From the NCBI GenBank assembly GCA_965200315.1, contig OZ241362.1, forward strand, positions 672,001-736,000: DNA of 64,000 nucleotides, read 5' to 3'. The notes beneath the pieces were generated by a model. That model was given only the letters and a program-made list of their open reading frames with translations, searched no databases and was not told the DNA's origin. Position numbers and translations under genes: made by a program. This DNA is from Candidatus Latescibacterota bacterium (GTDB lineage: Bacteria; Latescibacterota; UBA2968; UBA8231). The first letter of the stretch is position 1. Each line of letters starts with the position of its first letter. Below are positions 19,683-29,892 of this stretch, piece after piece.

Positions 19683-21254
19683 GTGAATAAACGCAAACTC
19701 CCCATCGGCCTTCAGACGTTCCGCAAAGTGCGCGAGGGGGGCTGCTACTATGTCGATAAGACCGCCTACATCCGCCGCCTGCTCGACGAGGGGGCACACT
19801 ACTTCCTGTCGCGTCCTCGTCGGTTTGGCAAGAGCCTGTTCTTGGACACGCTCAAGGAGTTGTTCGAGGGCAACGAGCCGTTGTTCGAGGGCTTGCACAT
19901 CCACAACCGCTGGGACTGGTCGGTGCGCCATCCGGTAGTGCGACTGGACTTTGGCGGCGGCAACTTCAAAGAGCCGGACGTTCTCCACACAGAGGTGATG
20001 GCACAATTGGACGAGATTGAGGAAGAAACAGGCGTTGAAAGCCGGTATGACATGGCATCGACCCGCTTCCGTGGTCTGCTCCGACGCCTGCATCGCCAAA
20101 CTGGCCAGCCGGTGACCGTGCTGATCGACGAATACGACAAGCCGATCTTGGACGCGCTGGAACGGCCCGACATCGCCCGCGCCAACCGCGACTTCCTGCA
20201 CGGGCTGTATTCCGTCATCAAAGCCAGCGACGCGCACGTGCGCTTCACGTTCATCACCGGCGTGAGTACGTTTTCCAAGGTCAGCCTGTTTTCCGGGCTG
20301 AACAGCCTCAAAGACATCACGCTCGACCCGCGCTATTCGGCGATCTGCGGCTATACCGAGTCAGACTTGGACGCGGTGTTCGCGCCGGAGTTGCCCGGCT
20401 TAGATCGCGCCCAGATCCGCGACTGGTACAACGGCTATAGCTGGGCTTCGACAGGCTCAGCCGCAACGCTGGGCGCCGAGCAAGTGTACAACCCCTTCGA
20501 CATCCTGCTGCTGTTCGACAGCGGCCTGTTCAAAGCCTACTGGTTTGAGACCGGTACGCCGACATTTCTGGTCGAGACGCTGTGCCAACGCCACGTGCGC
20601 TCCTTGGACTTGGACGGCATGGTCGCCAGCGACGAGTTGCTCTCGACGTTTGATGTCGATGACATCGCCACCGAAGCCCTGCTGTTCCAGACCGGCTACC
20701 TGACCATCATCGACGCCAAGGATCGCGGCGGGAGGTGGTTCTATCAGTTGAGCTATCCCAACCGCGAGGTGCGCCAGAGCCTCAACGAGAGCCTACTGAG
20801 CTACTTAGTGCAAGACAGGTCGCGGCAGACGGCCAACAGTGGACGGCTCTACGACCTGCTGGAAGCCAATGACTTCGACGGGTTGCAGACGCTGTTCCAC
20901 GCTTTTTTCGCCAGCATTCCCTACGAGTGGTACACCAACAACGACATCGCGCAGTACGAGGGCTATTACGCCAGCGTGTTCTACTCGTATTTCGCGTCGT
21001 TGGGCTTGGATGTTCGGGTGGAAGACAGCAGCAGCCACGGCCGCACGGACATGGCGGTGTTGTTCAACAGCAACGTCTATTTGTTCGAGTTCAAGGTGGT
21101 GGAACAGGCGTCGGCCGGGTCGGCGCTGGCGCAGTTGCAGGCGCGGGGATATGCGGCTAAGTATCGGGCGTTGGAGCAGCCGATCTATCTGATCGGCGTG
21201 GAGTTTAGCAAGGGCGAGCGCAACCTAGCGGCGTTTGACGTGGAAAAGGCGTGA
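19683..21254 (+). CDS. AAA-ATPase-like protein with C-terminal PD-(D/E)XK nuclease (DUF1703 type)
   Basis: LPIGLQTF, YYVDKT, RPRRFGKS, IDEYDKP, YPNREV, GRTDM...FEFK. Confidence 0.9.
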   Translation: MNKRKLPIGLQTFRKVREGGCYYVDKTAYIRRLLDEGAHYFLSRPRRFGKSLFLDTLKELFEGNEPLFEGLHIHNRWDWSVRHPVVRLDFGGGNFKEPDVLHTEVMAQLDEIEEETGVESRYDMASTRFRGLLRRLHRQTGQPVTVLIDEYDKPILDALERPDIARANRDFLHGLYSVIKASDAHVRFTFITGVSTFSKVSLFSGLNSLKDITLDPRYSAICGYTESDLDAVFAPELPGLDRAQIRDWYNGYSWASTGSAATLGAEQVYNPFDILLLFDSGLFKAYWFETGTPTFLVETLCQRHVRSLDLDGMVASDELLSTFDVDDIATEALLFQTGYLTIIDAKDRGGRWFYQLSYPNREVRQSLNESLLSYLVQDRSRQTANSGRLYDLLEANDFDGLQTLFHAFFASIPYEWYTNNDIAQYEGYYASVFYSYFASLGLDVRVEDSSSHGRTDMAVLFNSNVYLFEFKVVEQASAGSALAQLQARGYAAKYRALEQPIYLIGVEFSKGERNLAAFDVEKA

Positions 21255-21299
21255 GCAACATTGAAAATCAAATTCCCCCTTTCCTCGTAGATCATGTGA

Positions 21300-21420
21300 T
21301 CCTCTCATTTGGTCGTCACCCCGTATAATAGCCTCCATCGCCACCTCCCGTACCGCAGCCTCAATGTCGGCCCCAGAAAAGCCATCGGACAGATGCACTA
21401 GTTCCTTATATCGCCGAATT
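21300..21420 (-). pseudogene. AAA ATPase lid-domain fragment
   Basis: LVHLSDGFSGADIEAAVREVA matches the AAA small-domain GFSGAD motif; no N-terminal part. Confidence 0.5.
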
Positions 21421-21481
21421 TGATTCCGCCCAATATTGTGCGTATGGCTCAATATGTTCGAGATAATGAGTCGTCTCCACC

Positions 21482-21504
21482 GGGAGCACGGGCCGCTCGC
21501 CCGC
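21482..21504 (+). repeat. Degenerate REP arm
   Basis: GGGAGCACGGGCCGCTCGCCCGC, 19/23 identical to GGGTGCGCGGGCGTCTCGCCCGC. Confidence 0.55.
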
Positions 21505-21521
21505 CAACCGCATCGGGCAAA

Positions 21522-22787
21522 CTACGGCCCCTCCCACCGGCTAACCACCTGCTTCTCCTTTTGTACGCGCTCGTACAGGCTCTGCCATTCTTGCGAGCCA
21601 TCGTCCGCCAAAATTTCGGTGCGCACGCCCTCCACATAGGTTCCCGGTACATGGGGGTGCTCCATGTGTATGCAGGTACCGTCGGGATAGACAATGGTGC
21701 TGATCTGCCGCGGTTTCGGGTGGATGTAGAGCGGTCCCCGACGCGCGTGTTCGTCGAGCACCTCCTGAGGAACGCGGAATTGCTCAACCGCCGCTTCATT
21801 AACCTCGACGCCGAGGCCCGGCCCGTCGGGGACCTGCTGGTGCCCGTTGATTACCTGCACAGGCTCAGTCAGCAGATGGTGGCTGTACATATTGATACAA
21901 CTGATGGCCGGCCACCGGGCGTGCGTTAGCACCGAGCCGATATGGGCGTCCCACGTGGTCGTCAACCCATTGCCGACGATCTGCAACCAGAACGGCATGG
22001 AAACTTCCGCAGCGCATTGCCCTTGGCGCATGGTCATTGATTTCCCGCCCCCAATCACAAAGCCGTCGCACACTTCTTCGCGCACCGCCGTGACAAACGG
22101 CGGCGAACCAAAGTGCATGGCCACCGGCCTGTTCACGGCCTGACGAATCTGGCGATTGCCGAGAATATCCTCCTGCGGGATCGGCGTCTCAAACATGGCT
22201 ACGTTTTCATAGCGTTCGAGCTTCTTGATGAGCGGAATGGCATTGCCCGCGTTTTCCCAAGAGCCGTTGGGATCGAGATCGAGATGGAAATGGGGGGGCA
22301 CTACCTTGGATACAGCGTCAACCTGAGCGACGATGTCGTGCCAAGGCCGCGGTTTGTTCTTGAGATTCGTGTACCCCTGCGCCACGGCCTCGGCTGCTTC
22401 CGCGGCCCAGTTTTCCGGCGAGGCGTGACTACACCACCAAGAGATTGGCGTCCAGTCGCGCACTTTGGTGCCTAGCAGCCGATGCACCGGGACTTCAAGT
22501 ATCTTGCCGACCACGTCGAACAGCGCCATCTGCAAACCAGCACCTAGGCTGTCGTCGTTCATCAGTTCGGCCGGGCTTTGACCGATTGTGCGCGCAACCG
22601 CATCATCGGTCACCCGGCCGTAAGTGTAGTGAATGACGGTCTCTCCCCAGCCTAGGTGGCCCGTGTCGGTAGTTACCTTACACAGCTCGAGGATGGACCA
22701 GTTATAGACCGACTGGCGAGTTATCTCCTGCTGTCGGGGCGTGAACGGGACATCGACGATAATGCGTTCGACACTGGTGACTTTCAT
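21522..22787 (-). CDS. Mandelate racemase/muconate lactonizing enzyme (enolase superfamily)
   Basis: GWGE, MALFDVVGKILEVPVHRLLG, KNK, LDPN, FETP, PDGPGLGVEV. Confidence 0.88.
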   Translation of the reverse strand: MKVTSVERIIVDVPFTPRQQEITRQSVYNWSILELCKVTTDTGHLGWGETVIHYTYGRVTDDAVARTIGQSPAELMNDDSLGAGLQMALFDVVGKILEVPVHRLLGTKVRDWTPISWWCSHASPENWAAEAAEAVAQGYTNLKNKPRPWHDIVAQVDAVSKVVPPHFHLDLDPNGSWENAGNAIPLIKKLERYENVAMFETPIPQEDILGNRQIRQAVNRPVAMHFGSPPFVTAVREEVCDGFVIGGGKSMTMRQGQCAAEVSMPFWLQIVGNGLTTTWDAHIGSVLTHARWPAISCINMYSHHLLTEPVQVINGHQQVPDGPGLGVEVNEAAVEQFRVPQEVLDEHARRGPLYIHPKPRQISTIVYPDGTCIHMEHPHVPGTYVEGVRTEILADDGSQEWQSLYERVQKEKQVVSRWEGP

Positions 22788-22960
22788 GGGATTTTCCTTT
22801 CAGTAGAGAGAAGTGGGTAGGGTGGTTGAAAGGCAAATGGATCGCTATATCTTTACGGACATGGAAGTGGCCCCAGACTGCACAGGCAAGATAATTTCAC
22901 CTTAACCAGCAATCCAGTTTTCGGTATCCACTAAATAACCACCACCGAGAGGCTACCTCA

Positions 22961-24538
22961 ATGACTGACTGTAGCAACAAAAGAAAAGCGCCCAGACGCC
23001 GCCCGCCCCGCATTCGCCTAAACGCGGGCGCTTGGAGTCCCTTAGTTGACATGATCGACGTCTTTCCAGGGCACCGTGGCTCCAGTCGGCACGGAGAGCT
23101 GGAGCTCTACGACGCCCCGCTTGGCATTCGCTTTGAGATCGAAGAGGCCGCCAAGTCCGAGCCGATCCTACAGGCAACCATGGAGTGGGAAGGCACCCAC
23201 GTCTCGCCGCTCTACATCTGGCAGCGGGACGGGCGCTATCACCTGCTCTACGACAGTGAAGGCGGCCAGTGTTACGCGGTCAGCGACGATGCTTACAACT
23301 GGACGCGACCCGTCCTCAACGAGGTCGAATGCAACGGATCGTCCAACAACAACCTGCTCGCCAATTCGTGCAAAGGGGCTACCGGCATCTTCCAAGACCC
23401 CAACTCACCCGCTGAGGAGCGCTTCAAGGCGATGGGCGGCCGCATGTACTGGTGGGATCCAGACACCGGCGAAGAGCTGTCTGGAACGGAGCCGTCCCGG
23501 CGCATCAAGGCCGAGCAGGAGCAAGAAAACTACACAGGTCCCCGGGCCGAAATCACCGGCCAGATGTTCGCTTGGACATCACCCGACTGCCTCCACTGGA
23601 CGCCCTTTGCAGAGCCGCTGGCGTACCGGCCGGTCAACGGCGGCATATCGGCCCGCTACGACGAACACCGCGGCAACTACTTCGCCTACATCCAGCTAAT
23701 GGGCTATCCCGCCGAACTCCTCGAAGGCATCGGCGTCAACAGGCTCGAACAGGGCATGCAAATCCGCACGATAGGCTTCTCGCGCACCTCCGACTTTGCC
23801 AGTTGGCCCGCTCCCAAGCTGATCCATCACCCCGATACCGAAGACCCTCCCGACATCAGCTTCTACGGCGCCAACTACTTCCCGTACCCAGGCCGCGACG
23901 ACCTGCACGGCATGCTCATCCCCGTGTACCATCAAATTGCCAGCACCATCGACGGGCAGATCGCCTTCAGCCGCGACGGCCTCTACTGGTCCCGGCCCGA
24001 GCGCCGGCCAATCCTGCCGCTGGGCGCCGAGGGAGACGGCGACGAATGTATGGCCCACTTCTGGCGCAGCGGCCTCGTCGAATTGCCCGACGGCTACTGG
24101 GCCTGTCCCTACGCGGCCTTCTCGGTCATTCACGATTGCCCAGCCGACAAGGTAGATGCGCTCTTTCCGGCGCGGCAGCCACAGCAAATTCGCTGGGCGC
24201 GCTGGCGTCCGCACCGATTCTGCGGAGTACGCGCCAAAGCCGAGGGCTGCTTCTCCCTGCCTTCTCTCTTCCGCATCCACGATGAGCTGCGCCTCAACTA
24301 TCGCTGCGAGCCGGGCGGCTGGATTCAGGTTGAGCTGCTGGAAAAGCTGCCGTCGCTGATGCTTCCCGACGCCGATCCGCGGCCGGGATTTACCTTTGAC
24401 GAGTGCGACCGGCTAACGGGTGATTGCGAAGATCAGGTGGTAACCTGGCAGGGCCGCTCCAACATCTCCGCGGCCGGCGAGGCGGTCGGTATCCGGGTGC
24501 GCATGCTCGGCGCCAAGCTGTTTGCCTATCGAGTCTAA
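22961..24538 (+). CDS. Hypothetical protein, probable glycoside-hydrolase-like beta-propeller
   Basis: Repeated SxDxxxW Asp-box-like motifs (VSDDAYNW, TSPDCLHW, FSRDGLYW) and a C-terminal beta-sandwich ending AKLFAY. Confidence 0.65.
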   Translation: MTDCSNKRKAPRRRPPRIRLNAGAWSPLVDMIDVFPGHRGSSRHGELELYDAPLGIRFEIEEAAKSEPILQATMEWEGTHVSPLYIWQRDGRYHLLYDSEGGQCYAVSDDAYNWTRPVLNEVECNGSSNNNLLANSCKGATGIFQDPNSPAEERFKAMGGRMYWWDPDTGEELSGTEPSRRIKAEQEQENYTGPRAEITGQMFAWTSPDCLHWTPFAEPLAYRPVNGGISARYDEHRGNYFAYIQLMGYPAELLEGIGVNRLEQGMQIRTIGFSRTSDFASWPAPKLIHHPDTEDPPDISFYGANYFPYPGRDDLHGMLIPVYHQIASTIDGQIAFSRDGLYWSRPERRPILPLGAEGDGDECMAHFWRSGLVELPDGYWACPYAAFSVIHDCPADKVDALFPARQPQQIRWARWRPHRFCGVRAKAEGCFSLPSLFRIHDELRLNYRCEPGGWIQVELLEKLPSLMLPDADPRPGFTFDECDRLTGDCEDQVVTWQGRSNISAAGEAVGIRVRMLGAKLFAYRV

Positions 24539-24547
24539 CGCATTCCC

Positions 24548-25693
24548 ATGGCCCTCACCTTCCACTGCTCGGTCTGCCAAGTCCCCTATCCCCAAGCCCC
24601 GGCCCCCTACCGCTGCCTCGCTTGCGACGCACCCCTCGAATGCCGGTCCTCCACCCCGACCTTCCCCCGCGACCGGCTCGCCGCCCGCCCCGCCGATATG
24701 TGGCGCTTCCGCCAAGCCCTACCCCCGGTGGGCACCCCGGTCTCTCTCGGCGAGGCCCGCACCCCCCTAATCCCCTTTGATCTGGAGGGCCTGACGGTGC
24801 TAGCCAAATGCGACCACACCCTGCCCACCGGCTCGTACAAAGACCGCGGGGCCGCCCTGCTGATGAGCTATTTACGCACTTTGGGCATAGAGGAAGCAGT
24901 AGAGGACTCCTCGGGCAACGCCGGGGCCTCCCTAGCCGCGTACGCGGCCCGCGCCAAGGTGCGCCTCAAAGTCTTTTGTCCAGCTTCGGCCTCGGTGGGC
25001 AAGCTGGTGCAGATCCGCCTGTACGGTGCCGAACTGGTTGCGGTGGAAGGACCGCGCCCCCGGGCCACCGAGGCTCTACTCGAGTACATGGACCGCACTA
25101 AGGCCGTGTACGCCTCGCACCTGTGGCACCCCCTCTTTATAGAGGGCCTCAAAACCTTGGCCTTTGAACTAGCCGAGCAACTCGACTGGACCGCGCCCGA
25201 CGCCGTGGTCTGTCCGGTGGGAGCCGGCAGCATCTTACTCGGCCTGTACCGCGGCTTTGTCGATTTGCAGCAGGCCGGGCTAGTCAACCGCCTGCCGCGC
25301 CTCATTGCCGTCCAAGCCGAACACGTCTCGCCGTTGTACCAAGCCTTTCACGCCGGCTTGGACGTGGTTCCACCCGCCGTTTCTCCGCGCCCCACCCGGG
25401 CCGAGGGCATTGCCCTACCCCGCCCGGTTAGAGACCGCGAAGTCATCAACGCCTTGCGCCAGTCAGCAGGTACTGTAATCGCCGTCTCCGAAGAGTCCAT
25501 AGTCCGGGGCCTGCGCCAGTTGGGCCGAGCCGGTTTTTGCGTGGAGCCCACTTCAGCCGTGATATGGGACGGCCTGTGCCAAGCCCGGGCCGCCGGTCTG
25601 GTGGAGCCGGGTCAGCGAATCGCGGCCGTGCTTTCGGGGCACGGCCTGAAGGCGGCCCAATCCATCGGCGAGTTGTTAGCAAACGGCGAGTGA
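24548..25693 (+). CDS. Threonine synthase-like PLP enzyme
   Basis: N-terminal CxxC..CxxC, SLGEARTP, PTGSYKDRG, DSSGNAG, EPTSA, SGHGLK. Confidence 0.85.
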   Translation: MALTFHCSVCQVPYPQAPAPYRCLACDAPLECRSSTPTFPRDRLAARPADMWRFRQALPPVGTPVSLGEARTPLIPFDLEGLTVLAKCDHTLPTGSYKDRGAALLMSYLRTLGIEEAVEDSSGNAGASLAAYAARAKVRLKVFCPASASVGKLVQIRLYGAELVAVEGPRPRATEALLEYMDRTKAVYASHLWHPLFIEGLKTLAFELAEQLDWTAPDAVVCPVGAGSILLGLYRGFVDLQQAGLVNRLPRLIAVQAEHVSPLYQAFHAGLDVVPPAVSPRPTRAEGIALPRPVRDREVINALRQSAGTVIAVSEESIVRGLRQLGRAGFCVEPTSAVIWDGLCQARAAGLVEPGQRIAAVLSGHGLKAAQSIGELLANGE

Positions 25694-25802
25694 TAAGCTT
25701 TTCACTCGCAGAGATCCGCGACTTGGCACTCTCACAGGAACAAATCGACGACCTACTGAGTGAAAAGCGCGAGAAGTTGACTAAAAATAGGTGCTGACCG
25801 GG

Positions 25803-26124
25803 TCACGAACCGCGGCACTGATACGCAATGGCGTAAAAAGCCTGCGGCTGGCCACTGCGATTTGGCTCGCTGCGGTGCCAAGTGTAATTGCTGAAGAACA
25901 GCCCGTCTCCCGGCCTAGTGGCGATTAGCTTCTCTTGGGCAAAGTCCACCTGCTCCAGAGGCACCCGATGGCGTTTGAAAGGCTGAAAGCCGTCGTCGCC
26001 TAAGTGGCCCATGGGCGGATCGTCGTAGTACGATTCGTACTCGATCGGCTGGGATCAATTCTTTGACTAGGCAATAACCTTCTTCGCGGTATTGCCGCCG
26101 GTGCGTCTGTGTCGCTAAAACCAT
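25803..26124 (-). pseudogene. PhyH-family dioxygenase remnant with internal deletion
   Basis: QYREEGYCLVKELIP N-terminus and PGDGLFFSNYTWHRSEPNRS C-terminus in different frames; HxD centre missing. Confidence 0.7.
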
Positions 26125-26280
26125 GATTTTCTCCTCTCGTGCGCCCTACCCCGCCTCGACATTTGCCAGAACGCTTCCGAACGCACCGACTGCCCATTGC
26201 GCAATTGCGCCCCCTCGGTGTGCAACCGCTGCACGGCATGCGCGTCCTCCGCGGTCGCCCGCCGCACCGTCCCAGCCTCC

Positions 26281-26356
26281 TCTCTTCCAAGTGCTCGGCA
26301 AGAATTCGCGCTTGCCGCTTGGTAGGCCGCAACCGATATTTGAAAGCCTTAAACAT
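26281..26356 (-). mobile_element. IS200/IS605 TnpB N-terminal remnant
   Basis: MFKAFKYRLRPTKRQARILAEHLEE matches the OrfB helix-turn-helix start, then sequence diverges. Confidence 0.65.
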
Positions 26357-26466
26357 ATTATATACAACCCTGTCAAGGGACTTCCCGGGGCTATGGTTGC
26401 CGCAAAAATTCGCTCCGCTCTGGTCATTCAACCGTAGTCCCGGCTGACAGATAAACGGGTATTGAG

Positions 26467-27591
26467 ATGAAAATCAGCAATCGCGGCATCATCAACCGCG
26501 GCGAGCCCAATACGCCGCGCGCCTTTTCGACCTTTCCCGCACTCACTCCGCTGGCCGACGGCTCGCTGCTAGCGACTTACCGCGTCGGCAGCAGCAAGGA
26601 TTCTGCGGACGGCACGCTCGAACTGAAGCGTTCGGACGATGGCGGGCAGTCTTGGAGCACTGCCGCAACCCCTTTTGCCACGGCCTTAAACGGGCTAAAC
26701 GGCTCGCTCCGGGTCGGCTATATAACCGACCTAGGCAACGGCCACTTGCTGCTCGCCGCCCTGTGGGTGGACCGCCAGACCTATCCGGGCCAACCCCTCT
26801 TCAACGAAGAGACCGAGGGCTGCCTGCCCATGGAGATCGTCATAGCCGACTCCCACGACCTAGGGCGCACTTGGTCCGACTGGCGAGTCGTGTCCGTCCC
26901 CCCGGACGTCGGCCCGCCCAGCCTGACCAACCCCGTCCTCGTCCTGCCCAGCGGGCGGCTGGCCTTGAGCATCGAGACTAATAAAACCTATTTGGACCGG
27001 GACCAGTGGCTGCAACGGGTGGTGTATTTGTACTCGGAAGATCAAGGCCAGACTTGGAGCGAGCCCGTCACCACCTGCCAAGACCCCACCGGCCGCATCT
27101 TTAACTGGGACCAACGCGCCGGGGTCTGCCCCGACGGCCGCGTGATCACCTTTACTTGGACCTACGACCGGCAGACGACCCAATACCTCAATATCCAGCG
27201 CCACCTCAGCGCCGACGAAGGCGCGACTTGGTCTGCCCCCGATGATCTCGGCTTTCCCGACCAAGCCGCGCATCCGGCCATTTTGCCCGACGGCCGCGTG
27301 GTCTTGGCCTATGTAGATCGCTTTCAATCGCACTCGATCCGCGCCCGCCTAGCCCCGGCGGCAGACGCCCCTTTTGACGCGGCCAGCGAAGTAGAGCTAT
27401 ACCGCCAAACCATCAACTCCCCGCAGACCGCGGCCGGCCAAGGCGACACCGGCGACCTACTGGCCGAAATGGGCCTGTGGAGTTTTGGCCTGCCCTTTTC
27501 AGCGGCCCTGCCCGATGGCACCGTCATGGTCGTCTATTACGCCGGCGACGACGACGGCATGGAAGTGCGCTGGGCTCGTTTATCTCTCTAG
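26467..27591 (+). CDS. Sialidase-like BNR/Asp-box protein
   Basis: Asp boxes RSDDGGQSW, SHDLGRTW, SEDQGQTW, SADEGATW. Confidence 0.82.
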   Translation: MKISNRGIINRGEPNTPRAFSTFPALTPLADGSLLATYRVGSSKDSADGTLELKRSDDGGQSWSTAATPFATALNGLNGSLRVGYITDLGNGHLLLAALWVDRQTYPGQPLFNEETEGCLPMEIVIADSHDLGRTWSDWRVVSVPPDVGPPSLTNPVLVLPSGRLALSIETNKTYLDRDQWLQRVVYLYSEDQGQTWSEPVTTCQDPTGRIFNWDQRAGVCPDGRVITFTWTYDRQTTQYLNIQRHLSADEGATWSAPDDLGFPDQAAHPAILPDGRVVLAYVDRFQSHSIRARLAPAADAPFDAASEVELYRQTINSPQTAAGQGDTGDLLAEMGLWSFGLPFSAALPDGTVMVVYYAGDDDGMEVRWARLSL

Positions 27592-27601
27592 GAGGACGCC
27601 C

Positions 27602-29044
27602 ATGCAGCCGCGCCCCAATCTACTCTACATCCACTCCGACCAGCACAATCCCTACGTCATGGGCTGCGCTGGCGATCCGGTGGTGGAGACGCCGCATCTG
27701 GATCGCCTCGCCGCCGGAGGCGTACAATGCACCGAGGTGTACTGCCCGTCGCCGGTATGCGTGGCCTCGCGCATGGCCATGCTCGCAGGGCGCTACCCCA
27801 GTGCCATCGAGGTGTGGACCAACAATCAGATCCTCGATTCGGGGGTGCCGACCATGGCCCACGCCATGGGATCGGCCGGGTATCGGCCCGTGCTGATCGG
27901 CCGCATGCACTCCATAGGCCCCGACCAATTGCACGGCTATGTCGCTAGGCTGGTGGGCGACCACTCCTCCAATTGGCCCGGCTCGGGGCTGGCCCCGGCC
28001 ATTGGTCGGGCTAGTCTGGAGCAGGCCGGGCCGGGCCAGAGCGCGTACCAAGTACACGACGAGGACGTGACGAGGGAGGCCGTGTACTTTCTAAATCGGC
28101 TGGGGGTGCAAAAGCGCGCCGGTCAAGCCGAAGGTCCCTTCAGCCTCAGCATCGGCTTTATGCTGCCGCATTCTCCCTATTTGGCGCGGCGGCCCCTGTA
28201 CGACTACTACCGAGCGAGAATTCGCCCACCCACAGTGCGCGAGCCTTTTGGCGACCACCTCCATCCGGCAATTCGCTGGTGGCGGGCCCACGGCACTGTG
28301 CAGGACGTGCCCGAGGACTGGGTGCTCAACGCCCGGGCGGCCTATTGGGCCTTGGTCGCCGAGATGGATGGCATGATCGGCCGCATTTTAACGGCCCTGC
28401 GGGAAAACGACTTGGCCGACAATACCCTAGTGGTGTACAGCTCGGATCACGGCGAGTTGGTCGGCGAGCACGGCTTGTGGATGAAGCGGACTTTTTACGA
28501 AGAGTCGGTCAAAGTGCCAGCCATTGTCTCTTGGCCCGGCGTTCTGCCGGCTGGGACGCAATGCGACCGAGTAATGAGCGCCTTGGACCTCAACGCCACC
28601 ATGCTCCAAGCACTGGGGACCCCACCCCTGCCCAATTCGCCGGGGCGGTCGGCTCTGGAGTTGCTGCGTACGGGCCGTGGCGATTGGGAGGATGTAGCCT
28701 TTTCGGAATACGCCCTGCGCGAGGGCCCAGTGCAGCGCATGGTGCGGCGCGGGCCGTGGAAGCTTTGCTACCACTGGCGGGAGCGCCCTCAGTTGTTCAA
28801 TCTAGCAGAAGATCCCCACGAGCGAGTGGACCGGGCCGCCGAGCCAGAGTGCCAAGAGTCGGTGGCCGAGTTGACCGGCTTGGTCTTGGACGGGTGGGAT
28901 CCAGCCCATGTCGCGGCGCGGCTGGAAGCGCGGCAGGCGGATATCGATTTGATCCGCGACTGGGCCGAACAGACCAACACACCCGACCAGTTCCGCTGGG
29001 AGCAGCGTCCAGCAATGACCTATCAGGAGCCTCCATCTGGTTGA
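27602..29044 (+). CDS. Sulfatase (choline-sulfatase-like)
   Basis: PNLLYIHSDQH, CVASR (CxAxR variant), GRMH, PHSP, SSDHGE, LFNLAEDPHE. Confidence 0.9.
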   Translation: MQPRPNLLYIHSDQHNPYVMGCAGDPVVETPHLDRLAAGGVQCTEVYCPSPVCVASRMAMLAGRYPSAIEVWTNNQILDSGVPTMAHAMGSAGYRPVLIGRMHSIGPDQLHGYVARLVGDHSSNWPGSGLAPAIGRASLEQAGPGQSAYQVHDEDVTREAVYFLNRLGVQKRAGQAEGPFSLSIGFMLPHSPYLARRPLYDYYRARIRPPTVREPFGDHLHPAIRWWRAHGTVQDVPEDWVLNARAAYWALVAEMDGMIGRILTALRENDLADNTLVVYSSDHGELVGEHGLWMKRTFYEESVKVPAIVSWPGVLPAGTQCDRVMSALDLNATMLQALGTPPLPNSPGRSALELLRTGRGDWEDVAFSEYALREGPVQRMVRRGPWKLCYHWRERPQLFNLAEDPHERVDRAAEPECQESVAELTGLVLDGWDPAHVAARLEARQADIDLIRDWAEQTNTPDQFRWEQRPAMTYQEPPSG

Positions 29045-29091
29045 TCCTCCACCTTTAGACGCCTATATTGCCCCGCGCCCGGAGCATCCCC

Positions 29092-29889
29092 ATGAGCACA
29101 GAACTTTTCGACCTGACCGGCCAAGTTGCCGTAGTGATCGGCGGGGCCCGCGATTTGGGCCGCGACATGGCCGAGAGCCTGGCCGACGCCGGTTGCCATT
29201 TGGCCATTACTTCGCGCCAAGAAGCCAGTGCCCAAGCCACCGCCGAGCATCTCAAAGAGACCTACGGCTGTGCGGTGTACAGCACCGCTCTCGACATCTG
29301 CGACCACGCCGCCCTCAGCCAATTCGCCCAAGACGTGCGCCAGTGGCAAGGTCGCGTCGACGTGGTGGTCAACAACGCCGGTGGCGGCTTGGAGCTGACC
29401 ACCACTGACTTTTTTGCGCGCCAGCCCGCAGACGCCCGCCTGCTCATCGACACCAATTTGACCGGCCCCCTCTTCTCCTGCCAGATCTTCGGCCGCATCA
29501 TGGCCGAACAAGGCTCGGGCTCCATTATCAACATCGCCTCCATCGCCGGTCTAGTCGGCCGCGACCGCCGCATGTACCAGCGCAGCGGCTTGCTCCCGCA
29601 ACCGGTTGACTACGCCTCAGCCAAAGCCGGCGTCATCGGTCTGACCATGGACGCGGCCGCCTACTTGGCACCTATGGGCGTGCGGGCCAACGCCATTTCG
29701 CCCGGCGGCTTTGAGCGCGGCCAACCCCAAGCCTTTATCGACGCGTACCGCGACGCCACCGCCTTGGGCCGCATGGGCCGCGACGGCCTCGATCTGAAGG
29801 GAGCGGTGCGCTTTTTGGCCTCGCCCGCCGCCGATTATATCACCGGACACAACTTGGTGGTGGACGGTGGCTTTTGCCTGTGGAAATGA
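29092..29889 (+). CDS. SDR family oxidoreductase
   Basis: GGARDLG, VNNAG, YASAK, NAISPGG, ITGHNLVVDGG. Confidence 0.92.
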   Translation: MSTELFDLTGQVAVVIGGARDLGRDMAESLADAGCHLAITSRQEASAQATAEHLKETYGCAVYSTALDICDHAALSQFAQDVRQWQGRVDVVVNNAGGGLELTTTDFFARQPADARLLIDTNLTGPLFSCQIFGRIMAEQGSGSIINIASIAGLVGRDRRMYQRSGLLPQPVDYASAKAGVIGLTMDAAAYLAPMGVRANAISPGGFERGQPQAFIDAYRDATALGRMGRDGLDLKGAVRFLASPAADYITGHNLVVDGGFCLWK

Positions 29890-29892
29890 GCA

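Noticed and set aside
20440-20474. GCTGGGC direct repeat as a target-site duplication
   Set aside because: The spacing is 28 nt while the insert is 24 nt; the repeat is explained by the underlying Ser-Trp-Leu-Gly codons
25690-25797. Short ORF MISFSLAEIRDLALSQEQIDDLLSEKREK
   Set aside because: Too short and unassignable; probably fragment debris
26356-26378. TTGACA...TATAAT promoter upstream of the TnpB stub
   Set aside because: Spacing is only about 8 nt, too short for a sigma70 promoter
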